Shown here: one piece after another, positions 50,201 through 62,592 of the stretch | Layout: each line of letters starts with the position of its first letter | Position numbering within the stretch: position 1 is the first letter of the stretch | Assembly: GCA_965153285.1 (NCBI GenBank) | Contig: OZ229114.1 | Strand: one strand, 5' to 3' | Length of the DNA stretch: 64,000 nt | From: Podarcis tiliguerta | Taxonomy: Eukaryota | Program-made: the position numbers and the translations under genes | Notes under the pieces: generated by a model | Told to the model about the DNA's origin: nothing | The model's database searches: none | Seen by the model: the letters and a program-made list of their open reading frames with translations, nothing else

Positions 50201-51627
50201 TACCCCAACCATGAAATTCTCAATGAATTTCTCTCTTGTCTTTAATAATTTTCACTGGAGAATGGTAAAAAAATGCAGAAATTTTCAGAACAGCACTAGG
50301 CTGAATGTTCTTTCTCTGATGTAAAATTGAACTACTTATGAACAACTAATATAATACATAGTTGGCAAATGTTACATATTTTAATGTTAGATGTGTTTCA
50401 TTTTTTTTTTAAAAAAACCCTTAATTGCAACTAATGTAAAACCATAAGTACAATAAAAAGAAAACAATCCAAGTTGCAAAACAGATGAGAGCACTCCTTG
50501 AGTTTAAGAACTGTATTCAATAAACAAGATATTCTTATCTTCTCTCCAATATAAGAATCCTGTTAAGTTTCGGTTGTATGTCCAACACAAACCACCAACT
50601 AAAAGGGAATTAATACTGTAGGACTGGAATAGCATTAAAGCAAAACAGATGAATAATTTCATATACAATTAGTAGGGGCTCATTTTTTATGTTTTCACTG
50701 GAGAGGGACATCAATAAAAGAAATTCAAAGAGACTTGGATCACAGTTGCTTGGTCATCTGGAGAGAATAAGTGGCTTGCTTGACAGGCAGCACTGGTTTC
50801 AGTAATCTCTTTGATACCCGTTGTTAAAAAAAAAATAGAGAGCAGGCCCTGTTTTTTTGTAAGGTTGTCCTCTAGCCAGAGGCAGTCATTTAGATGTTTA
50901 TCCCCAGCTTCATAAAAGTCAGGGACAAACATTCTGACTGCCTGCTCTGCCTTCACCCAGAGATGCTTTCTTGTACTGAACCAGAACTGCCCATTATGCC
51001 TAAACCAGAAACTCTGGTTTAAAGTCAGTTAACAAACTAAGATAAAACAGCTGGATCTGATATATGAAAGAACATTCAAATTATTCCAGCTTTATGCCTG
51101 TTATTTCAACTGGTTTGTGGACCTACCTCTATCATGAAGAGAAAGCAGCTCTTCAAAGGTTTTACTTCCTTGCTGAATACAGGTTAGGGTATACCATTAG
51201 ATTCTCCCACCATAAGGTTTGAGATTATTGTTAATGCTGTTGTTGGCAGTGTATGACAGCCCTGGACCTGTATTCTTATTATGCATCTCCTGAGCAATAT
51301 ATAAATATTGTTAATAAATAATATAATAAATATTTAATTTTTACTTAAAATATGTATATACTACTCTTCAGCACAGCCTTAATACCATAGCAGAATGGTA
51401 GCAGAATCTCTCTCTCTGTCTCTTAATACCATAGCAGAATACCATAGCAGAATCTCTCTCTCTCTCTCTGTGTGTGTGTCTGTGTGTGTGCGTAAAATGT
51501 CGCTATTGATCATTATCATCATTAATTGCTATCTTTCCCCACAAGCTCAATGGGCCTGCTGAGTGTTTAGGGTTGTCAGAAAAACAAGGAGCTGAAGCAG
51601 ATTTTTTAAAGTATATATAGTTTAGGG

Positions 51628-52094
51628 CAGGGGTCAGGTCAGCAAACCTTTTTATCAGGGGGCTGATGAATACCCTGCAAGCTGGTCCTGCAGCTGCCTC
51701 CGGACCTGGAGGAGGAATGCACTCCGCACGCGCTCAGGAGCACGTCTTGGCGCCACCGGCATTGTTGATGAGCAGCAGCTGCTCCATGGGCCCGTCCCCG
51801 CAGATCTCCCAGATGGCATGCAACATGTGTTGCGGCCCGCCGGCTGAGGCCAGGTCAGCGGGCAGAATGCGCACACAAAGCACCAGGCAGGCAGCATGCA
51901 GGAGCTTCCTGCAGCCAATCCGAAGCCACGCCAGCTTCGCCCCCCGCCCAGAAGCTGTGCCAGCATCGTGGAAGTCAGTCCCTGTGCAGCGAGGCATCCG
52001 CAGCACGCAGGGACTGACCAAGCGGGCGGCAGGGTCCGCTTTTACGAGCATGGGGGCCACATCCAGCCCCTGGGCCTTAGTTTGCTGACCCCTG
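51628..52094. mobile_element. hAT (Charlie-like) MITE
   Basis: TIRs CAGGGGTCAG(GTCAG)CAAAC / GTTTGCTGACCCCTG. Perfect 8-bp TSD GTTTAGGG (51620-27 and 52095-102). Confidence 0.92.
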
Positions 52095-52104
52095 GTTTAG
52101 GGTA

Positions 52105-54700
52105 GAATAGAATCATAGAATCATAGAATCATAGAATCATAGAGTTGGAAGAGACCACAAGGGTCATCGAGTCCAACCCCCTGCCAAGCAGGAAACACCA
52201 TCAGAGCACTCCTGACATATGGTTGTCAAGCCTCTGCTTAAAGACCTCCAAAGAAGGAGACTCCACCACACTCCTTGGCAGCAAATTCCACTGTCGAACA
52301 GCTCTTACTGTCAGGAAGTTCTTCCTAATGTTTAGGTGGAATCTTCTTTCTTGTAGTTTGGATCCATTGCTCCGTGTCCGCTTCTCTGGAGCAGCAGAAA
52401 ACAACCTTTCTCCCTCCTCTATGTGACATCCTTTTATATATTTGAACATGGCTATCATATCACCCCTTAACCTCCTCTTCTCCAGGCTAAACATGCCCAG
52501 CTCCCTTAGCCGATCCTCATAAGGCATTGTTTCCAGGCCTTTGACCATTTTGGTTGCCCTCCTCTGTACACGTTCTAGTTTGTCAGTGTCCTTCTTGAAC
52601 TGTGGTGCCCAGAACTGGACACAGTACTCCAGGTGAGGTCTGACCAGAGCAGAATACAGTGGCACTATAACTTCCCTTGATCTAGATGCTATACTCCTAT
52701 TGATGCAGCCCAGAATTGCATTGGCTTTTTTAGCTGCCGCGTCACACTGTTGGCTCATGTTAAGTTTGTGGTCAACCAAGACTCCTAGATCCTTTTCACA
52801 TGTACTGCTCTCAAGCCAGGTGTCACCCATCTTGTATTTGTGCCTCTCATTTTTTTTGCCCAAGTGCAATGCTTTACATTTCTCCCTGTTAAAATTCATC
52901 TTGTTTGTTTTGGCCCAGTTCTCTAATCTGTCAAGGTCGTTTTGGAGTGTGATCCTGTCTTCTGGGGTGTTAGCCACCCCTCCCAGTTTGGTGTCATCTG
53001 CAAATTTGATCAGGATGCCCTTGAGTCCATCATCCAAGTCGTTGATAAAGATGTTGAATAAGACCGGGCCCAAGACAGAACCCTGTGGCACCCCACTAGT
53101 CACTCTTCTCCAGGATGAAGAGGAACCATTGATGAGCACCCTTTGGGTTCGGTCAGTCAGCCAGTTACAAATCCACTGAGTGGTAGCATAGTCAAGACCG
53201 CATTTTACCAGCTTCTTTACAAGAATATCATGGGGCACCTTGTCAAATGCCTTGCTGAAATCAAGGTAGACTACATCCACTGCGTTCCCTTCATCTACCA
53301 GGCTTGTAATTCTGTCAAAAAATGAGATCAGGTTAGTCTGACATGACTTATTTTTCAGAAATCCATGCTGACTATTGGTGATCACAGCATTCCTTTCCAG
53401 GTGCTCACAGATTGTTTGCTTAATGATCTGCTCCAGAATCTTCCCTGGTATTGATGTCAGACTGACTGGGCGGTAATTATTTGGGTCCTCTCTTTTCCCC
53501 TTTTTGAAAATAGGGACAACATTTGCCCTCCTCCAGTCTGCCGGGACTTCGCCTGTTCTCCAGGAATTCTCAAAGATGACTGCCAGTGGTTCTGAGATCA
53601 CATCTGCCAGTTCTTTTAATACTCTTGGATGCAGTTCATCTGGCCCTGGAGACTTGAATACATCTAAACTAGCCAAGTATTCTTGTACTATCTCCTTAGT
53701 TATTCTGGGCTGTGTTTCCTCTGCTGAATCATTTCCTCCAAATTCTTCAGGTTGGGCATTGTTTTCTTTATCAGAGAAGACTGAGGCAAAGAAGGCATTG
53801 AGGAGTTCAGCCCTTTCTGTGTCCCCTGTTTGCATTTCACCATCTTCTCCTCTGAGTGACCCCACTGTTTCTTTGTTCTTCCTTTTGCTACGAACATACC
53901 CATAGAAGCCTTTTTTGTTGCTTTTAACCTCTCTAGCAAGCCTGAGTTCATTCTGTGCTTTAGCTTTTCTGACTTTGTGTCTACACGTGCTGGCTATTTG
54001 TTTGAATTCCTCTTTGGTGGTTTCCCCCCTTTTCCATTTTTTGTACACATCCTTTTTTAATCTTAACTCAGTTAAAAGTTCTTTAGATAGCCACCCTGGC
54101 TTCTTTAGGCACCTTCCATGTTTCCGTCTCATTGGTATTGCCTGAAGTTGTGCTTTTACTATCTCCCTCTTAACAAACTCCCAGCCATCATGAACTCCCT
54201 TTCCTTTTAGTATTACTGTCCATGGGATCTCACCCAGCACTTCCCTAAGTTTTATGAAGTCGGCTTTCTTAAAGTCAAGAAATTGAGTCCTAGTATGCTT
54301 GGCTGCTCCTTTCCGTTGTATAGTAAACTTCAGAAGAGCATGATCACTTGCACCTAATGATCCTTCCACTTCTACCCCATTAACCAGGTCATCGACATTG
54401 GTTAGGACCAGATCTAAAATGGCTGTTCCTCTTGTTGCTTCTCCCACTTTCTGGACAATGAAGTTGTCTGCAAGGCCAGTGAGGAATCTGTTTGACCTTA
54501 TGCTCTTGGCTGAGTTTGACATCCAACAAATATCCGGGTAATTGAAGTCCCCCATTACTACTATCTCCCTTCCTTTTGCATGCTTGGCCATCTGTTCCAG
54601 GAAGGCATCATCTATGTCCTCCGTTTGGCTTGGGGATCTATAGTAAACTCCCACAATGAGGTCACTGTTATTCTTCTCTCCCTTAATTTTGACCCAAATA
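52105..54700 (-). mobile_element. CR1 LINE, 5'-truncated, young
   Basis: (ATTCTATG)n 3' tail at 52105-52142, short 3' UTR and open ORF2. Candidate 4-bp TSD GGTA (52101-04 and 54701-04). Confidence 0.97.
52201..54699 (-). CDS. CR1 ORF2 remnant (C-terminal APE endonuclease plus RT), 832 codons; the first 17 codons of the track ORF are flank read-through
   Basis: Endonuclease motifs [22 protein letters not shown] and SDH. RT motifs [39 protein letters not shown] and EKDLGV. No stops or frameshifts. Confidence 0.95.
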   Translation of the reverse strand: MWVKIKGEKNNSDLIVGVYYRSPSQTEDIDDAFLEQMAKHAKGREIVVMGDFNYPDICWMSNSAKSIRSNRFLTGLADNFIVQKVGEATRGTAILDLVLTNVDDLVNGVEVEGSLGASDHALLKFTIQRKGAAKHTRTQFLDFKKADFIKLREVLGEIPWTVILKGKGVHDGWEFVKREIVKAQLQAIPMRRKHGRCLKKPGWLSKELLTELRLKKDVYKKWKRGETTKEEFKQIASTCRHKVRKAKAQNELRLAREVKSNKKGFYGYVRSKRKNKETVGSLRGEDGEMQTGDTERAELLNAFFASVFSDKENNAQPEEFGGNDSAEETQPRITKEIVQEYLASLDVFKSPGPDELHPRVLKELADVISEPLAVIFENSWRTGEVPADWRRANVVPIFKKGKREDPNNYRPVSLTSIPGKILEQIIKQTICEHLERNAVITNSQHGFLKNKSCQTNLISFFDRITSLVDEGNAVDVVYLDFSKAFDKVPHDILVKKLVKCGLDYATTQWICNWLTDRTQRVLINGSSSSWRRVTSGVPQGSVLGPVLFNIFINDLDDGLKGILIKFADDTKLGGVANTPEDRITLQNDLDRLENWAKTNKMNFNREKCKALHLGKKNERHKYKMGDTWLESSTCEKDLGVLVDHKLNMSQQCDAAAKKANAILGCINRSIASRSREVIVPLYSALVRPHLEYCVQFWAPQFKKDTDKLERVQRRATKMVKGLETMPYEDRLRELGMFSLEKRRLRGDMIAMFKYIKGCHIEEGERLFSAAPEKRTRSNGSKLQERRFHLNIRKNFLTVRAVRQWNLLPRSVVESPSLEVFKQRLDNHMSGVL

Positions 54701-55216
54701 GGTATTGTTTTCCCCTGAGCTCTCCCTCCAAAAACAGCTAGTGTCCACACTCACTCACTCTCTGGGCGCTGCTACCCCACCCAAATCCAATATTTCAAAA
54801 GCTGGCTATTCTAACAGTTTGGGAGATACCAAACTGAGCACAGTACATCAGTAAGGTAGGGCAAGGTTGATAAATCTTCCCCCCTTCACTGCCGCTTTCC
54901 TCACTTTTGTTATTTGCCTGAGATTAGGAACACAGGGAACTACCTTATATCAAATCATTAGTCCATCTGATCCAGTGCTGTCTACACTGTGGCCCTCTCA
55001 GATGTTGCCAAACTACAACTTCCATTGTTCCCTGATTAATGGCCAGGCAGGCTGGGGAAGATGGGAGTTGTAGCTTAGCAAAATCTGGGAGGGCTACAGG
55101 TTAGGTACAACTGGTCTACAGAAACTGGAAGTAGCCCCTGGGTTTCAGAGAGAAGCCATTTTCAGTCCTACCCATAGGTGCCAAACATTGAACCAGAAAC
55201 ATTTGCATACAAAGTA

Positions 55217-55442
55217 CAGTGGTACCTCGGGTTACATACACTTCAGGTTACAGACTCCGCTAACCCAAAAATATTACCTCGGGTTAAGAACTTTGCTTCA
55301 GGATGAGAACAGAAATCATGCAGCGGTGGCGCAGCGACAGCAGGAGGCCCCATTAGCTAAAGTGGTGCTTCAGGTTAAGAACAGTTTCAGGTTAAGAACA
55401 GACCTCCAGAACGAATTAAGTACTTAACCCGAGGTACCAGTG
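55217..55442 (+). mobile_element. Tigger/pogo-like MITE
   Basis: TIR CAGTGGTACCTCGGGTTA / TAACCCGAGGTACCAGTG and TA TSD. Confidence 0.92.
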
Positions 55443-55583
55443 TATATGCTCTTGTACTGAACTGTGGCCCTTTGAGGCAAAACCAGAGGAGTACAGACAA
55501 ACACCCAGAAGGTGTAGTAGTAGCCATATACACGTGCAAGCCTAATGCACTTGCAGCACAAGCCTGATAGCGTGGTCTGGATT

Positions 55584-55585
55584 AA

Positions 55586-55620
<35 letters not shown>

Positions 55621-55621
55621 A
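55584..55621. repeat. (AGCAAC)n microsatellite
   Basis: Read directly from the sequence. Confidence 0.9.
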
Positions 55622-58600
55622 GAACTTTATTATTTGCACTCCACCCATTTGACTGCGTTGCCCCTGCCATTAGACAGCCCTAATCCTATTTAAGCACATA
55701 TTCATTGGTATAACAAGCTGTAAGGCTGGGGAATATTTATGGCAATATTTCAATGTCATTGACAAAAAGCCTTCTGCTTTCCCACATATCCTGCTAAATG
55801 TATGCACGTAAAGTACTGTATGTCTTGTAAAAATGCTCCGTGTTGGAATTGTAAAAGTAGGTAATTGCTTCTCTTTTGTCTCCAATGGCAGCAATTTTAT
55901 ACTGGGTCAAGAGACTTAGAAATCCTATCAGTTCCCAACAAAGCATCATTCAGCTAAGGGGTTTCTCTCCATCTGTAAAATCCTAAGGCAATTCAAGAAG
56001 AGGAGGTGCTTCTCCAGAAAGATTTTAACTAGCTAAAAACAAATTAAGATGAATTCAGCAGTGACTGGCATCTTGGTACTCAAATGATTACGCAACAACT
56101 TTCACATGCAAATATACATAATTTAAAATATTTAGAGAGGATTATAATAAGCAGCTTAATAACTGTCTATGCCTAAGCTGGACCTTTTCATTCACTCCAG
56201 AATCTTATCACAAATGACTCTGGAAAGAATTCTTTAGGAATTTGTGAGCAAATGCCAGTAACTCTTTATTAAACTCTCCCCAAATCACTGGCAAAGCAGT
56301 CCTTTATATTTATCAATAGGATTCTAAAACATTTTACAATAACATTTCTAAAGCATTTAAGAGAACAAAATTATTTCCAGTTATCACTGTACTAACCCTG
56401 GGGTGCCCAATGTGGCACTCCTGGGCACCACAGCAGCTTCCGACCCCATTTGGGGCACACTAAAGGCCTGCTACCCCTCCCAATTTGTGTTTTTGAGGGG
56501 GTGCTGCCTGCTTTATTGTCTGTCTTTTACTGGTGGGTGGCTGCGTATGTATCTAGGTGTTTTGCCTGTTTTAGGGGTGTGTGTAGCATATGTAGGTGCT
56601 TTTCCTGTTTTTTGGGAGGGGGAGGGGAGCTTCACCCGTTTGTCTTGTGTGAAATTGCTATTTTGTGATTCCCACGACAGTTTCTTCCACTTCCAAATGC
56701 ACCCCTTGTCCCCAAAGGGCTAGGGGCCATTGATCTAACCCATGGTTTGGGTGGGTGGGAACAAGCTGCAGCAAGCTTGGGTGAGTGCATCCCCCAATCC
56801 TCTTCTCCATCTGCATGCATGAGAGGAGAAGACCGAAAGGTTTCCCTGTTGAATAAACCATAGTTTCCCATTATCTACTGCAGGAATGGGGAGCCTGTGG
56901 CCGTCCAGATATTGTTGGACTCCAACTCCGATAAGCCCCTGTCAATACGGCCAATGGTCAGGGATGATTAGCACTTGACACCAACGCAATGGGTCTCCTG
57001 TTGTCTTTATAATTTATGGTCTGATCCCATGAAAAGGGCACCAGGAAACAGAGGTCCAGGATGAAGATCAGACTTGGATGTAGGACTCTCAGCTGTGTAG
57101 ATCTGGAAAATGTTGGGCTTCTCCATAGGTTGCTCTACCCCAGCTCTACCCCAAAGTGATACATAATTTGACTCTGCAGCTGAAATAAGATTACATAAAT
57201 ACCTAATAATCTCTCAGATCACTCGCACACCAACAAAAACTTTAATGTGGTTTTGGGTTCCTGCAGTGAATATTTGCAAGCAGCAAGACTGTTTAATAAG
57301 ATGTTGAGCTGAAGCACAGATCTCTGATGTTTATCTACCCTCAAGAGCAGATTATGGTTTAAATCAAGAGGAAAATAAACTAACATCACAGCATCATTGG
57401 TACTTAGGTTTGTTTTTGCAGCCCCTGCCATATTTTGCTCCTCTGATACCAATGCTCATGAGGTAGGAGCTTAGTTGCCAATGAGATCGAGAAATGCTCT
57501 GAATAGTCAAAGGTTGTAATATGTTTAATGTGCAGTGAATTGCTGGGTTTTATGCATGTTTAATGATATTTGAAAAACATCCCTGTAGGACAAAAAGAAT
57601 GCCATATCACTGTCTCAATACCATAGTACTCAAGCTAATTGTCTGAGCAATAAATATTGTGATACCATGATGTGTTCTACAAGGCTTTATGGTCACCCAG
57701 CAAAGTGTTGGAAAGCTTCCTTTGAGCCCCCCCCCCAATTCCATTTATGGGTGGATGGATGTATTAAATTCCTATACTGTACTGCCCTTCATCCAAGAAT
57801 CACACAGCAGTTTACAAAAACACAAATATACGTACTACAGTTCTCTGTAGCAACAAATGCCAAGTCCTATTGAAAGACATTGAAATAAAGTTAGTTGCAA
57901 CTAACTTCGTGCACTGATTTCAGTGTGTATCTGCCTCTGGGTTAGGGCCACAGCTCTCACAGATTCTCCTTGAGAAGTGTTCAGTAATTTGGAATCCAAC
58001 ATTTCCCTACAAGTTATTAAAATATTGCTGAAGGGATTAACATTCACATTTAGTATAATAGGGAACAATTATTATTATTATTCTAACACACCACCATTCT
58101 ATACTATTTAAATGACCTTATTTTGTCAGTGCAAAAAAGGGGAGGAAAAGCTCATCCTTTGATTTAAGAAAGCAATTTGACAAAAATGCAGGCTATTTTC
58201 TTTTCCAGGTTTCTGAGCAGCTGACAGTGGAGTAATACAGTTTATGTTTTAAAGTCCAATAGTAATTGAAAACGACCGCTTTGTTGCTCTTGTCACTGGA
58301 GCAAGCAGCATGGGAAGTCAGAGACCATTTGGAGCTTCACTTCAATGCTCTTGATAACAAATTGTTAGAGACTCCCAATAGTCTCCTTGCTGAACTTTCC
58401 TCCAAGTCCCTCTAGGCAGAGAGTGAGTATCTCAGCTTTTGGCAGGTCCAAGCTATACTATATTGACATTTGAGAATGATGGTATCAGTTACGCTCATGG
58501 AATGAGAACAAAATGCTCTTCTGGGATTGTCTATGTGACTCTGATTATCTGGCAAATACTTAGTTTAGTTCCAATAAAAAGACCATGGAGCAGAGGCCTT

Positions 58601-60167
58601 ATATTACTTTCCATTCAAAGTAGCAGTGTTTGGGTTCCCCATCCCACCCACAATAACTACAAGCACATAGAAGCTTTGATTTGAGACGCACTACAACATT
58701 TTATGTTATTTATTTATACTTAAATTTTTTATACTACTAAATCGAGAAAGAGAAAAATCTCCTCAAACTAGATTTGGGTGGCAGATTGAGATAGAAAAGC
58801 TGAGATTTGCACTGGGGATTCTCCTGATATTTTTGCAATCCATGCTCCCCCCCCCATTAAGGTTTGAAATCATGCACTGATTCGTTAGCTATTATTGTTA
58901 TGGTTCCTAATTCCGCATACTCACTTCTCAGTGCTCTGCATTGCCATGGACTGAATACTTTGGCCCAGATTTTTCCAGCAGTTTCAGGAGGTGAAGACAA
59001 AAAGCACCCCCAAAATTGGGATTAATCTTCAGGGGTGGATGAAGCTGAAAAATACTGGTCTCTCACTCTCTCTGTGTGTGTAAACTTTGCCACCACTTCA
59101 ATGCTGGCAAGCCCCTGAAGATCATTCCAATCTTCAGGGGCCATTTTTCACCCACCCCCTTAAAACCAATGAAAAAACCTAGCCCAAAGGGTTCACATGC
59201 CAGAAGCTGCTGGGTGGGGATCAGGTAATTTACCGTAATATACACATGGATTTCTGATGCATTGAAATTTCTTATAGCTAACCCCTCCCTTTAGAACGGC
59301 ATGCTAATGAAAAACCTGCTGAAAGGCAGGCTGCCCTTTATCTGGGGACTTGTAAGCCTAGTTGATTGCATGCCGTGTGACTTGGGTAATAAAATGTGTC
59401 CTGCTTGATACAAGAAGACAAATATCCTTGTCATCCGTCAACAATATTCATCTGCAGCTGCCGTCTGATGGCTAATAATTAGAGCTATTAATTGTCTGGA
59501 AATATAGGAAGAGCACCAAGTACTCAGCAATTTCAGACATGGTATTAACACATGATTTAAAAAGGGGGTGGGAAGGACACAGGGCAAAATGGCCTCAAGA
59601 TGCCATTAATGAGCTCAGAGACCTCAAACGCATTTAGGTTACCAGTTTAAACACACCCTCGCTGATTGCTGAACTGCCTGATGCATGCTTTTTAAAACTA
59701 AAGGACTGAACAAGGCTCTCAAATTCTTACTTAGACATATCATGGCATGGTGGTGATTATACTACAAGATAAAAGCAACAGTACTTACACATAGATGCTT
59801 TCCTCAAAAATAGGGTAAATAGTTTCTATTCAGTCTCTGTCTAGGAGGGGCTGTTACTGGTAGACCAGCTTCATGTGGAGAAGGATGTTTTGTTCCACCA
59901 AGGCGACTTAAGCCTCCAGTAACCAGTTTCATATCAAAGTCCCATACTACCCACAACTATTAACCTGAACCTTCAGAGTGATTGTGGCCACACTGGAGAA
60001 AGGCTGAACACTACCTCCCATGGCTAGATGAACCATGCAGCAATAGCACCTCTGGCTTGTCCAGATAGAGTCTTCACCCAAACTATTACACAGCTTAGGT
60101 CCAAACTATTTGAAAGACTGCAATCCCTCATTCAAACCTGTCCGGCTTTTGAGATCTTTGGAGGAGG

Positions 60168-60320
60168 CCCTTCTCTTGGTCCCAGTGGGAAATCCAATGC
60201 AGTTGGGCCAGGATCAGTGTAACATACTCAAACTGTCTTGACCTAGTGAACAACCTGGCTGCTGAATTCTGCACTAGCAGAAGTTTCTGAGCTATCTTCA
60301 GAGGTGGCCCCACATATAAC
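60168..60320 (-). mobile_element. L2 LINE fragment
   Basis: The minus strand reads LYVGPPLK..QKLLLVQNSAARL...VTLIL.QLHW, an L2 post-RT motif. Confidence 0.8.
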
Positions 60321-61367
60321 ATGTTGCTCTACTGCTTCTAGCATAAAAAATCGTGTGTAAACATTTGGTAAATGAGAAGCTGTATCATATAGTTCTGTGT
60401 TCTTTGCTGAACTCAGGAACTGTGTTATTGAAGAATGACTGTAACAATGCTCAGGTCTTGGAATTCAGAATAACTGGATATATTGTACAGACGTCTTTTA
60501 CACACACATGACTGTCAGATGTAAAGTTATTTTTACCACTCTCCCTCTCTCCCATTCAGCATGCCCAGCCATGCCAAGATGATGGAAATGTTTGCTTCTG
60601 TCTACCTCTAACGCTACCATTCTGTTTAACCCTGCATTTGAACTCTGAAAGCCTGCCAGATCACAGTCACATTTGATGAATAATGAAATAAAGAGAGATA
60701 AGTGCGGGCTGACGTTGAGTGATGTTGCAGTTCAGCACTGGAGTATCCTTAAGGAATCATACATTTGAAACTCAGGTGGGGAAGTTTCCCCAAGATAAAC
60801 AGAGCCTGGTCTCAACTTGTTTTCCCTCCCCATTAAAGGCACAAATGTTTGTGAGCAAAAGGGCAGCAAAATCTGGTGAAGTTCAATTTTTCTCTCTACC
60901 AAAGCTTGAGTGTTATACAGCTGCTCGGATGTAAACCCTCATTTGTATTCTTAACACTTGTGTAGTCACAGCATTTTCTCTGAAGTAAAGAGGGGGGAAA
61001 TTCTGATAAAAATCTGGAAACATCCTAAGTTTAGCCCTTCCTTTTTCTAAGTAACTCAGAAATTCAAAGGCACCCACCACAAGCCCGCCCACCCGCAACA
61101 AACTGTCTGAAATATATCAAGGTCTTAATTCTTATAATTTTCTTATAAGAAAAGATTAAATCATCAAACTAATATGTATATAAACACTCAGCTGTTAAGT
61201 ATTAAATTATATAGATTAATATTGTGCACAGGTATGTTTTTATTAAAAACCATTTATATTCGTATATTAGGGTACTGTGTTAGGAAATCAAAATCTGAGT
61301 ATTTGATTAAAACATAATTATGCCCAAGAAACGCTTTGAAATATGTATTTTGTGCATTATCGAAGTA

Positions 61368-61751
61368 CAGACAACTCCCCATTTGCGCAGGAGTTATGTT
61401 CTGAGGCACCACACATTTAGGTGAACTCATGTATATTGGGAACATCATTGAAAAAGCCTGCAAATGCCCTCTAAACCTCTGCAAACCCTTGAAAAACCAT
61501 TAACCCCCCCCCCCAAATCTACCAAACTCCACCACAATCGCTTCCTCCAAATCTCCTTCTCAAAGCTCCAATTCTCCATAGGTCTCAGAGGTCAGTGCAA
61601 AGGCTCATGAGATTGCTAGACACAACTTTCATGCCATTTTTGCCACCTTCATGCTCTTTTAGGGCCCTTTTCGTGCCACTTCTGGGTTCATGACAATGCG
61701 CTCATGCACAGTTACCTGTGCCTTGAATGCGTGTAAAGGGGGAGTTGCCTG
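61368..61751. mobile_element. Tigger-like MITE (second family)
   Basis: TIRs CAGACAACTCCCC.TTT.CGC / GTGTAAAGGGGGAGTTGCCTG with TA on both sides. Confidence 0.8.
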
Positions 61752-61753
61752 TA

Positions 61754-61998
61754 CAGTGGTACCTCAGGTTACATACGCTTCAGGTTACATACGCTTCAGG
61801 TTACAGACTCTGCTAACCCAGAAATAGTGCTTCAGGTTAAGAACTTTGCTTCAGGATGAGAACAGAAATCGGGCTCCGGCGGCACGGCAGCAGCAACAGG
61901 AGGCCCTATTAGCTAAAGTGGTGCTTCAGGTTAAGAACAGTTTCAGGTTAAGTACGGACCTCGGGAACGAATTAAATACTTAACCTGAGGTACCACTG
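61754..61998 (+). mobile_element. Tigger/pogo-like MITE abutting the previous element
   Basis: Perfect TIR CAGTGGTACCTCAGGTTA / TAACCTGAGGTACCACTG. It shares the TA at 61752-53. Confidence 0.92.
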
Positions 61999-62254
61999 TA
62001 GTCTATAAAGTGCCAATTCCTTATAAAGACCAGGATTTTTATCAGGCAAACAATGGCTCCTGCATATACCATGCCAATTCTGTCACATATGACTCCTGCC
62101 ACATACCTCTTCAGCTGGGGGTGGAGAACTGGATTTGGCTGGCAGGCTGGCTCCTGACCTCTCCCAACCCCTACAGGCCACTCGGGTGGGTGAGACTACC
62201 CACCTGCCAGCCAACCATCTAATGCCACCATTTCATCAGGTGACAATGTTTTCT

Positions 62255-62592
62255 TTGCTTATACTGTTTGATTTCATACCACATGGGCAAATACGAGAAG
62301 TAATGTATACAAAACTGCACATACTAGGGTAAAGAGTACCTTAAATTACATATATTAGTGAAAAGAATGCACAAAACTGCATTATATAAGGAAGTTTGCT
62401 TTGAAGAAATGTGTAAATCAGGTAATGTTGTATACAAGGGTGTGAATATTAGAAATAATTTGTGCTAAAACGCTGATGAATTTTCATGAGGGCTTGATTT
62501 TTTTCTGAAATTAAAAACCCATTTTGGAATACAGAAAACTTAATTTAAGACTGGAAAAATGAGGGAAGGAACAGACAACTTGCCCATCCCTA
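62255..62592 (+). mobile_element. Old non-autonomous DNA-transposon-like repeat
   Basis: Same family as 3226-3495 and 42722-43128; ends GCCCATCCCTA. Confidence 0.55.

Noticed and set aside
52700-54145. Plus-strand ORFs of 159, 60, 133 and 76 aa (e.g. [21 protein letters not shown]...)
   Set aside because: Antisense shadow frames of CR1 ORF2, a common source of spurious hypothetical proteins.
55424-55648. Poly-Leu ORF (poly-Gln on the other strand)
   Set aside because: Produced by the (AGCAAC)n microsatellite.
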